Source: Amphiscolops sp. MND2022 (lineage: Eukaryota). From it: 64,000 nucleotides of DNA. Below, piece after piece: positions 21,701 to 33,700 of this stretch (position 1 is its first letter; the number at the start of each line of letters is the position of its first letter). The notes beneath the pieces were generated by a model. That model searched no databases, was not told where the DNA came from, and worked only from the letters and a program-made list of their open reading frames with translations. The stretch covers positions 42,162,001-42,226,000 of the forward strand of contig OZ076413.1 of the NCBI GenBank assembly GCA_964187785.1. The letters are read 5' to 3'. The translations under genes and the position numbers were made by a program.

Positions 21701-24700
21701 GATAATATGGCAAAGTGGTGGTCATCAATCATTGATGACAATGTTAGTCAAAGCTGATACTAAGATAAGGTACTAATTTCGCGCCGAACTGGAGTCTCAC
21801 CGAGCACATTCTTATCAGCAGTGAAATTGGAATGCACGTGACATGATAAGTTATACGATGTCAAAGAATTAAAATAATTTCATAGAATCTGCGATAGGAA
21901 ATATATAAAATTTACAACAATAATTGTCGAAATTTTAAGAAATTAGGCGCTATATCAAAATTCCGCCACGATGGGTTTGTGGGGCTAGGTGTTCACTATA
22001 TATTAAGGGAATAACGAGTGGTCCATCAATCTTCGGGAAGAAACGCTCTCACTTTACGTCTTGGAAAAATACGATACAAATTGTACAAAATAGAAGAAAT
22101 TATTTCGAATTATCAAGTATTTCTCACTAATGAAGAGGAATAACGAAATTCCGCTTCCTACAAATTATAGCTCTGGGTATGTGGTTTGTGTGCCGCAGTA
22201 TTAGGGATGCGAGCACTGGTGTATGTCAGAGAGAAAATTTTTTGAATATCACTAGATAAGAGTTAAAAGTTCAATCTGTGGCGCCAACATTGCCGGCCCT
22301 GTTTTTGTTGGGAAAACACTCGTAGAATACAGGCGCCAGTTTCATCACAGGTCGTTGCAGCTCACCCATTTTTGTCCTGATTTTGGCAGATCTGACTACT
22401 CCATCGGACCCAGGATACACTTCCAACACTCTGGCCATTTGAAAGAAAGTTTTCTTGATGGATTCATCCACAAGCCATACCAAGTCTCCAACTTTGAGAT
22501 CCCGGTGCTCTGGCTTGTGCCATTTCGAACGCACATTGCACTGAGGCAGATATTCGTTCGTCCAGCGCTTCCATATCATCTCATTGTACCCTTGTGCCAC
22601 TTTATACAATCTTCGGCAATCGACATACCTGCTGGCGTCAGGGATTAGAGGCTGTGCGATAACTCGAGGTCCCAGAAGGAAATGATTTGGCGTTAATGCC
22701 TCCAAATCTTCAGGGTCATGGCTGACCGGAGTAAGTGGTCGCCCGTTCAACGTTTGTTCCACCAAACACATGGTTGTCGTCAAGACTGGCAGAGTCAGGC
22801 ATCTCGAACCCAATATAGAATACATCGCCTTCTTACAACTGCGAACTAGTCGTTCCCAAACACCACCGAAATGAGGTGCCCCGGGAGGATTGAACTTCCA
22901 GACTATTCGTTGGTGAGCCAATTGATCATGAATAGCTGACTGATTCCACTCAATTGGTAGTTCCCTGAATTCACGAGCAGAACCCACGAAATTGTTGCCA
23001 TTGTCGCTAATAAACATATGAGGTCTTCCTCGTCTGGCCATGAACCGCGTGATAGCCATCATACAAGCGTCGGTGTCCAGTCCGTCAACCACTTCGATGT
23101 GAACAGCTCGTGTTGTCAAGCATGTGAATAAACAACACCAATACTTGACAGTCTTTCGCAGGAATTTGACTTCGAAGGGGCCAAAATAGTCAATTCCAGT
23201 ATTTTGGAATGGGTGGTTTGTTCCAGTTAACCTTTCCTTCGGGAAATCAGCCATCTGTGGTTGCATTGGCTGAGTCGAAACCTTTCTGCATTGAATGCAC
23301 TGATGCTTGATGCTTCGCAAAGCGTTCCGAAGTCCCATAATCCAGTATTCTTGTTGAAGAACACTCCGAACGTATTCGGTGCCTTCATGATTGTTTTCAG
23401 CATGAGCCTGCTTCAACATCAAGATTACAAGTGGATGTTTGGCTGAAAGCAACATTGGATGTTTCGTTTGAAAACTGAGTTCAGACCGCCTCAGACGACC
23501 ATGCAAACGCATTGACCCGTCTTCAGCCAAAAATGGTGACAGTCGTCCCAAGTTGTGGGGAAGCTTCTCAAATGAACCTTTCGCTAAACATCCGGCGAGT
23601 TCGGGAAAACTTTCCCGTTGAGCAGCCCGGAGAAGAATTAGTTTAGCTCTGTCCATTTCCTCCACACTGATCGGTCCCTTTTGCTTCGACCGAAATCTCA
23701 AACAATACACGATGACATTAATCAGTTTCCTGTAGCTGCTGATCCTTGACCAGTCGACAATGGGGGGCTGTACGTGACTCAAACATGTAGTTTCCAGCTC
23801 GGAAACCTCTTCTAATGTTATTTGCTCGTCCCAAGAATCCTTTGGATCGCGAAGCCATGCCGGCCCAGTTAACCATTCACTCTCGCTCAACTGAGAGACC
23901 GTCATCCCGCGAGTACCAATATCGGCTGGATTCATTGTGCCCTTCACATGTCGCCATTCGTCAACACTTGAGCTGTCAAGGATTTCTCCAATTCGATTCG
24001 CTACAAAAACTTGCTAATTTTTGCGCGCAGAATGTATCCATTGCAAAACCGTTAGCGAATCCGTCCAATGATATACATTTGCAATCGCAATATCGTGACC
24101 CTGTGTAATGAGCTGCCGGAGTCGAACTGCATATAAAGCTGCTTGCAGTTCCAGTTTTGGAATAGTCTGTTGTTTCATAGGAGCGATTCGACATTTACCG
24201 ACCACAAAACATAACTGAACGCCATTTGCAGTTTCTGCTCTCAAATAGGCCACCATGCACATTGCTTCCAAAGAAGCGTCAGAGAAGATGTGCAATTCCA
24301 CCACTTCGGGTTTAGTGGTGAAGTAATTCCGCTCCAGTTTCATTTCTTTGAGCTGCTGCAATTCTGATACCCATTGTAAGAAACTGCTCTTATCGTTTTC
24401 AGCTATCATTTCGTCCCAAAGTTGTCCGCACTTAGCCCAAGTAGTCTTCAGTAGGATTCGCATTCGCATTGTGAAAGGGGCAAAGACTCCCAAGGGATCA
24501 AACACCGAAGCAACAAATGACAGCACAACTCTTTGAGTTATTTTGCTGGGAACTTCTTTCGAAACACCTCTGCAAACTTCCAAAGTGTCTTCTTCCATAT
24601 TCCATTGGAGACCGAGCAAGGACGAAGCCGCAGGTTCGGCTTCAAACGTTTTGGTTGTTGATTCAACTCGATCACCCTCCTTGAAGGAATTCATCAGAAT

Positions 24701-27700
24701 ACTGTTGTTTGTGATCCATTTGGTCAGGTTGAAACCCCCCTTTATGAGTGCCGTTTTTAGTTGATTATACAACTCGATAGCTTCCTCTTCTGTGTCAACA
24801 GACTTCGCGAAGTCATCCATGTAGAAATTTCTTTCGATTGCCTTCGAAGCGAGAGGATAAAAGTCCTTGTTATCTCGCCCAGTTTGCTGCAGTGCATAAT
24901 TCGCACATGTTGGAGAACTTTTCGCTCCGAAGACATGTCGGGTGTACTCGTATACTTTTACTGGCTTCGTGGAATCGTCTCTCCAGAGAAATCGAAGAAA
25001 TTTGCATTCAGCGGAAGGCACTTTCACTTGGAGAAACATTGCTTCGATGTCTGCTGTCATAGCAATGCTGCTTTGCCGGAATCGGAAGATTATACCAATC
25101 AGATTCTACAAGAGATCGGGTCCAGCCACTAATTTGTCATTGAGTGAAACTCCTTTGAACTTAGAGGCAGCATTGCATACTCTTCTAACCTTTTCTGGTT
25201 TGTTAGGGTTGATTACTGGATGATGAGGAACGTACCATTGTGGGTCACTTCCAGATGAACTCAGCTCCTCATCTTCAAGCCTTCTGACATGTTCATTTTC
25301 CAGATCAACTTTAATGGTGGCTTCATATCGTTTCTTGAGATCTGGATTCTTCTCAAGCCGCCGCTCCAGTGAGCAAAGTTGCGTATAGGCGGAAACATAA
25401 TTGTTTGGAATAACTTTGTTGTCGGTCCAGAGCAGACCAACTTCATATCTTCCTTCAATCAGCCTGGTCGTCTTTTCCAGAATCTCAAGAGCCTTTTTGT
25501 CCTCGTGTGATCTGCCGCTGACGCTGAAAGTCGAAGAGTAAGACTCCATACTCCACCAAAGTTTGACTTGATCTGATAACTGATCATCATCACATGTTGC
25601 AAGTACTGTCGCAATTTGAGCGATTTCATGTTTTGGAAGTGGTTCACTGAGTGTCCATCCGAGCTTCGTCTTGATAGCCCACGGCTCGTTCTTCTTTCCT
25701 TTTCGATAATCTACAGGAAATAGTAAGTGAAAATTGTCTTGACCAATCACAACCTTCACGTCTTTTAATTCAATTTGGTTATTCGGAAGTACTTTCAAGT
25801 GGTGATACTTCTCCTTTATGTGTGAGTAATCATACCTCCGATTCCCGAGATACATTTTTGGATGCACGTGGAAGTGTACAACTTCATTATGATCCTTCGT
25901 GAACAACTCGACAGCCACTCTTTCACTGACCATATCCTTTGTCCCATTGATCCCGACAACGCTCAAGGTCAGCTTTTCACCTTCCACATGGAGTTGTCTT
26001 CTGATATCATCATCAATAAAAGATAAAGTAGATCCAGTATCACAAACTGCGAAGGTATCAACCTTCTTGGTGCCATTAGACAGTCGCACTGAAACCACTT
26101 GAAGCAAACCACTGCAAGCATTTGCAGTCAGAACAGGGTTCGTGGAACAATCAGAGGTTTTAGGCTCGGATACTGTCTTCTGATCTCTATGAAGCAGTCG
26201 ATTGTGCTTTTTTGCACAACCATCTCTGCCACAAGTTCTTTTCAAGGAGCACTGATTGGCACGGTGACCTCCATTCAAGCAACAGAAGCACAATTTGAAT
26301 TTCCTGGCTGAGTCACCCCTTTGATCTGGAGTCATCTTCTTGAAGGCAGGACAGTTCCAAATTTTGTGATCACCGTCACTCAATGGGCATTTGCCTTTGG
26401 GCAAATCGGTCTTGTCCTCGACTTCAGAAGTAAATGCTGTCGTTTTCTGTTTGTCACGGTTTGAATTCTTCTCAGTGGTTGTTCCAAATTGCATCTTCAA
26501 ATTATCTTGAATTTCGGCAATATTTTTTAACCAAGCGCTAAAAACACGCATTGTTTTAAAGCTGGAGTCGTATCTCTGGAGAAATGACAACCACTTCTCT
26601 TTCAAATCAATTGGCAGTTTTTCACTGCACTGTTCAAAACAGACTCTGAATTAAGGTCACTCTCAAATCCGAACTGAGTTAACACATTCACGCAACTGCA
26701 AACAATATGTGAAAATTTAATAATTTCGGAGGCATCGTGGGGCTTGATGAATGGATAAGAGTGAATTTTTCGCAATTGAACGTTAACTACCAGCTCAGGT
26801 CTGCCAAAGTCTCTGGATAATGTTTCCCAGGCGATTCGATACATGGATCCATTGTAACCCATGCCTTCGATTGCTGCTCTCGCCTTACCTGTGACCAGAG
26901 TTTTCAAATACTTCATCTTAACGTTGTCATCAACGACAGCTTCGTCCACAGTTGACAAAAACTGGCCTGACCACTCCGGCCATTCTAGCGGATCTCCAGA
27001 AAATTTGTCAAGAACCAGTTTGGGTAGCTTCAAACCCATCGCCGGTAACATTGTTGATGGTTTTACCTGAGAAGTTGGAAAAGTTGCTGCATGGATTGGA
27101 TTCGTTGACGGAATAAAGGTCTTGCGAGGATCATAAACCAGGCTGGTTTTGTTGTCACCAGAGTCAAGATTAAAACTTTTATGATCAATAGTAGCAGGCT
27201 TCACGGTTTGTCTTCTCGTCGGTGCCAAAGTGTTCGACGTCACATCTGGGCAATTGGATTTGTGATTATCATGAGCGGCAAAACTGTCGAAGACATTACT
27301 TTCCGAATTCAACCAATTGTCAGTTTTGGTTTTTGCTCGCAGTGAAGAACTGATACTGGAGAGGCTATCTCTGGAAGACCCACGAGTAGACTCTAACTGT
27401 AACCTTTTCATTTTCAACTCCAATTCCATTTCTCGTCGAGTAGCTGCCAACTCTAACGCTTCACGTTTAGCGAGTAGTTCCATTTCTCGCTGTAGTTGTC
27501 GCAGCTCCATCTCCTCCTTTTTACGCATCATTTTGGCAGCAATTTGTTCTTCTACAAGCTTTGTTTCCAATTCCATCCGGTGATTGGAGGAAACAGATGG
27601 AGGTATTGATGAAGTACCCGTCTTTTTGGCTTCACCCATTACGTCACCCGGATCTTCGAACAGATCAAATTTGTATGGAGACGAGCAACTCACTACTGGG

Positions 27701-30700
27701 GTTACAGGAAGCTCTGAAGTGGGCAATTTCGTCATTTCCAGTGGCTTTTATTTCGATGTCGATTCTTGAGGTTCTTGTCCACTCTCTTCTTCGTTAATCT
27801 CCAATGGAGCAGTCGCGTCGCCTTCACTCATCATCAATGTTGTTTCTGCCTCCGAAGGGCTAATCAGAGATTCAGCAAAACAAGGCCGGTAAGAATCAAC
27901 AAAGTGTACTGTTTTACTGTGAGATTCTTTACTGTTGCCTTCCACACCGTCCAAGTAGGCATGCCAAGATTGAAGGATATTCGTTGCTTTCAAAGAAAAT
28001 TGCTGTAGGTCCTTGCGCTTCCTTGCTGCCATCACAGGTTCCAGGAGAATCATTTTCTCTTTAGAACACGCCATTGTCAGATCTCTTACTTTGAGCCAAG
28101 AATCAATGAGTGCATTTATCTTCTGAGGTCTGTCATTTGAGTTGATGCAATTTTGAATATGTTGCTGAATTGTTTCCATTTGAGATGAAGTTCTTCTTTC
28201 ATCATCAGTGACTTTCATATACTGCAGAATATTGCTTGGATCTTTCAGTTGTTCTCGCCTGACGATAACTGTATCAACACACTTGTTGAGTTCGATCCAT
28301 CTGCTCAGAAATTGAGATACTCCTTGTTTTAATAGTTGTGATTTTGATTTAAGAAGAGAAGCTGGCTTCGTTCTCAAAAGATTCAAGCCGTAGGTGCAGA
28401 GATCAGTGATTCGGTCGGCACACAAAAGATACCTTTCATGAAGTTTAGCCAAATTAACCCAAAGGAATTCCCCGTCGTTCATTCCCAAAGTGAAGCCATC
28501 TTCTAATGCAAGAGTGTTCAAAGCGTTCAAATTGGAAAATAAGTTATGCACGAATGTTTGCCATTTAATCAAATCTTTCGATTTCTTCATATCATTTTCT
28601 CTCGAAGGATCTCTGTACCAACTATCATCTGTGACTGCAGATGATAATAGAAAAGTTGATTTTTGCGTCATAATGCAAGAAAATTTCTAGTAAAACCCGG
28701 ATTGAAAAGTGTCCGGGTCGGCGGACCAATTGTAACCGCTGCTCAAATCAAAGACAAAGCTGTTCGAGAAAACAATCTGCTCTAATCTGAGCTTTACGCG
28801 GGCCCTGGTAAATTTTAACTGCTTACAATACTTTGCGCAAACAGTTCAATATTTTCTATGAGAACAAACTATTCGACAGAGAAAGAATTTTCAATACCAC
28901 AAGTTTCCTATCTATTTCTTCTCTAGGAGAACTATCAAAATTGTTACTCCCATAGTTTTGCTGAATCTGTTCCACTCAACACTGATTGAAGAAACATTCC
29001 TGATGAAACAAGCGACTTTACATGAAATATTCAAATTTTGTTCTGATCTGGAATTCAATAAATGTAAAATCTTCAAAGTTGAAATATACCTCATCAGAGG
29101 TTGAACATGACTCGTAATTCTGTCAAAGTTAAGATAAATTAGCGTCAGTAATGACAGTAAATCATTCCTGCATTTGATAAGGTAAAATAATTCACAAAGT
29201 CAATATGAATCAGGATGATAATATGGCAAAGTGGTGGTCATCAATCATTGATGACAATGTTAGTCAAAGCTGATACTAAGATAAGGTACTAATTTCGCGC
29301 CGAACTGGAGTCTCACCGAGCACATTCTTATCAGCAGTGAAATTGGAATGCACGTGACATGATAAGTTATACGATGTCAAAGAATTAAAATAATTTCATA
29401 GAATCTGCGATAGGAAATATATAAAATTTACAACAATAATTGTCGAAATTTTAAGAAATTAGGCGCTATATCAAAATTCCGCCACGATGGGTTTGTGGGG
29501 CTAGGTGTTCACTATATATTAAGGGAATAACGAGTGGTCCATCAATCTTCGGGAAGAAACGCTCTCACTTTACGTCTTGGAAAAATACGAAACAAATTGT
29601 ACAAAATAGAAGAAATTATTTCGAATTATCAAGTATTTCTCACTAATGAAGAGGAATAACGAAATTCCGCTTCCTACTAATTATAGCTCTGGGTATGTGG
29701 TTTGTGTGCCGCAGTATTAGGGATGCGAGCACTGGTGTATGTCAGAGAGAAAATTTTTTGAATATCACTAGATAAGAGTTAAAAGTTCAATCTGTGGCGC
29801 CAACAGAGATAACGTCACAACTTCGGATATGGCGCAATATTTTCAAACCTCCAGCACTTCTTTAGTAAAATTCAACGTACTTCGGATATAACGACAAAAA
29901 TTCGGACATAGTGTGCTGGGCCATGGCTGCCGCAGCCAAGAGCCCGACAGCAGAGGAGAACGTATTGAGGAGTGGATCTCTGACTGCAACTTGCACTGTG
30001 TCAACGACGGATCCCCGACCAGGACAAACAGAGCAACTGGCAATCATAGCACCCCAGATGTTTTCCTCGCTCCGTCACAGTGGCTAAACAAAGTGGGATG
30101 GACAACCTTGGAGGACATTGGGGGATCTGACCACCTCCCTGGAATGGCCACTGTCCACTGCAAGTGGAAATCTGTCGCACCACTACAGAGGTTAACAAGG
30201 TGGAAAAAGAACGCCGATCTAAGCGCTTTCAGCCAAATCCTGGAAGAGAAAATTGAAACACTGAAACCGCAGAAGACGATCGACAGGATAAAAGCGTTCC
30301 ATGAAGCAGTCGTCGCTGCTGCAACTGAGACGGTCCCAAAGACCGCCCCAGGAAAGAAACCAACCTGTCACCTCTCAGCTAGTGTCAAAGTGCAGATAAA
30401 AACTCGAAACAGACTCCGGCGAAGCATCGGCACAAACCGAAAGGAATGGATAGAAGCCTGTAGAAGCGTACGACAGAAAATCGAAGAGGAGAGACAAAAG
30501 AGCTGGGAGTCATTTGTTCAAGAAACCGAATTCAGCTGCGACCCAAGCAAGTTGTGGAGAGTGTTCCACGCCATCGGTGATTCTTCTCCCCCCACGCAGC
30601 CAAACGAGGCTCTTTTGGTGAAGTCAAAGGTACTCCACAGCGATCGCCAGAAAGCAGATGCGTTCGCCAAGTACTACGCACAACAAAGCAAGCTAACTTT

Positions 30701-33700
30701 CACCAAGGAGGAAAGAGACACCAACAGAGCATCCAAAAAACTTCTACAGACAGCCACGGTGAGCGAAGAATGCTCTCAAGACTTCACTGAAGCAGAATTG
30801 AAGAAAGGGTTGAGACGTATGAGAACAAAGGGCACAGCAGGCCCGGACGAAATTACTCCCGCCTTCATCAAGGCATTCGGACCGGCAGCCAGGAAAGAAC
30901 TTCTCGACCTCTTCAACCGCTCGTGGAACGAAAGTGTCTGTCCACAGGTCTGGCGTAACGCCACGATTATTCCCCTCTTGAAGCCAGGGAAGCCGGCATC
31001 CGAAATGTCCTCCTTCCGACCAATTAGTTTGACGTCGTGTATTGCAAAACTATTGGAGCGTCTCATTGCCACAAGGATGATGCACATAGTAGAATCGAGA
31101 AAACTGCTCAGCAAAGCGCAATGCGGAGGGAGAAGGAACAGATGCTGTGAAGATTTGTTACTGAGAATTACGCAAGCCATAAGCAATGGCTTCCAGAGCA
31201 AAAGGCCGAAGAAAACGGTGATGGTTTTGTTTGACTACTCCAAAGCCTTTGACACCGTCTGGAGACAGCAGTTGCTTATTAGACTCGCGAACAAAGGCAT
31301 TCCAATGAAGTTTGTCAAGTGGTTTGCAGCCTTCCTAACGAACCGGCAGGCAAAAGTCCTTTTTGGAAGCACGAAGAGCAAGAGCGTTGAGATCAAACAA
31401 GGAGTTCCCCAAGGCTCTGTCGTCGCCCCACTTCTGTTCCTACTCTTCATCGATGACATAACGAAGGATGTGCCGGCCAACCATGCCCTGTTCATAGACG
31501 ACCTGTCAATCTGGACAACTGACCGCGACAAGCCAAAGACCATCGTGGCCGCTCAAAACGCAATCGACCACATAACAGCTTGGAGCAGGAAGAATAAGTT
31601 AGGACTGAACTTGTCGAAATGCGAAACGGCAACCTTCTCTTCGGGGAGCGTCGATGCCAATTGGAAACCAAGACTCACCCTCGATGGAAAGCCAGTACCG
31701 TTTAACGCGACACCAAAACTAGTAGGAGTAAAACTGGACAGAACACTCAGCTTCGGACCGCATGTTAAAGACGTGACACAAAAGATAGGGAAGAGAACAA
31801 ACTTACTGAAGGCAGTGGGATCCCGCGAGTGGGGCTGGAAGAAAAAAACGCTTCGAAAAGTGTACGTCTCTACACAGCGTAGTGTCCTAGACTACGCAGG
31901 AGCTGCCTGGCACCCCTATCTCAGCAACACCCAGTTCCAGAAACTGGAAACGGCACAGAATAAAGCTCTGAGAGCTATTACTGGTCATTGTAGCTCGACA
32001 CCAATCGAAGCATTAAGACTGGAGAGCGGCATCCCTAGCTACCGGACCCAAAGCAATAGACTCATTGCTGTGTCGCATCAAAAAGCAATTCGCAGAGACC
32101 AAGACCATCCCATGACCGCAGTGCTCCAAGACAATGTACCACAGAGGCTAAAACGAGGAAGCTGGGCCACGAAAACAAACGAACTCCGGGACTACTTACC
32201 TCCCCAAGCCCAGTCAGCGAGTAACACCAGCTCACCCCTTCCACCGCCTTGGTCAGGCAAACACAACAACTGGAAGGTGTCTAGTACCGTTCTTGGCCAA
32301 AACAAGACAGTATCCGCTGATGAAGTGAATGCCCTGATAGATTCCCACAACTGCCCCTTAGTCATCTACACTGATGGATCAGCAAGTGCAGGTATTGAAA
32401 AAGGAGGCTATGCCGCAATCTTCACCTGAGGCAAAGCCGCATCTCCGACAGTTGTCAGGTCCATAAAGAAAAGGGGGAGAATGATAACGTCGTCGTATGA
32501 TGAAGAGAAAGCGGCTCTTACGACCAGTTTGGAATATCTCAACAAGTATTACTAACATGACAATAAAATCCTGATTTGTACGGACAGTCAGTCACTGTGT
32601 AAAGCTGTTGAAAACGGCTCAACAGACACAGCCAGAATTCATCATCTACTTGACTGCTCTGCCAAGAACATTACCATCCAATGGGTCCCAGGGCACACTG
32701 CAATTGCGGGAAACGAGATTGCGGATGAAGAGGCGAAATCGGCAGCTGACGACCTGTCAGCTGAGCCCGAACCCCCATCCCTTGGTGCCGCTCTCTCTTG
32801 CATCAAGCGCTCCTTCAAAGATCAACCGCCCTCCGACCACAGAATCAGGAAAACGTTAGCAGGATATTCCGAAAAACGTGATGAAAATCAGGTGAAATCA
32901 AGAGCTGACGCTACTTTGCTGGCCCAGTTGCGCGCAGGGCATTCCAGGCACCTTAGAGCATATGCAAGCCTGATGGACCCCAGCGTCAACCCTAATTGCC
33001 CGTCATGTGAAGAAGAGGCACACACTCTTGAACACTGGCTTGACTGCCAATCGACTCTTGCTCTCAGACAAGAGCTATTTGGAGAAACCGAAACCCGGCT
33101 GGAATGGCTATCTGAGGAACCCGCCCTGTCATTGACGCTCGCCAAGAAAACACTCTTGGACGTCAGGCGATAACAGCCGTCCACACACACACGCACGCCG
33201 CAGCATTGTCTGGAGGAGATCGAACAAAATGTGGACTATTCAGTGTGAGAGAATAACAAGACGGGAACGTCTAAAGTCGGCGCTATATCTAAGGCACAAA
33301 AAGCGCAAAGTTTTCAAAATTGTAAATGAGGGGACCCTTTCGACTTTTTGAAAATCCAGTTTGTTGCAAAATATCAAAAAAAATGAAGGGGGCCTTTGGA
33401 GTCATTTTTAAAAAATCAAATTTTTAATTGAAAAGTCTAAAAACGAAAAATGAGAATTTTGAAACAGTCTCATAGTGCCGAAAAACTAGAAAGGGGATTT
33501 TGCTGCAAAATATCAAAAAACTTGAAGAGACCCTTTGGCGGCAAAAAAAAAATTCGAAAAAAGTCGCACAGTGCCGAAAAAAATTCAAAGGGGGACCCCG
33601 TAGTCCCGTCCGGTTTTGTATCTTAAAAATTGAATACACGAAAGGGGAACCCTTTGCACTAACTTAGATGCGTTTCCGCTTGCCGGTCTAGTATTTTAGT

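Larger units (their letters stand above)
21215..29805 (-). mobile_element. Full-length BEL/Pao LTR retrotransposon (defective)
   Basis: LTRs 21215-22289 and 28731-29805 (1075 bp, TG...CA, ~7 mismatches by eye); 5-bp TSD GAGAT; PBS TGGTCCGCCGACCCGG; order gag-PR-RT-RNaseH-IN. Confidence 0.96.
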
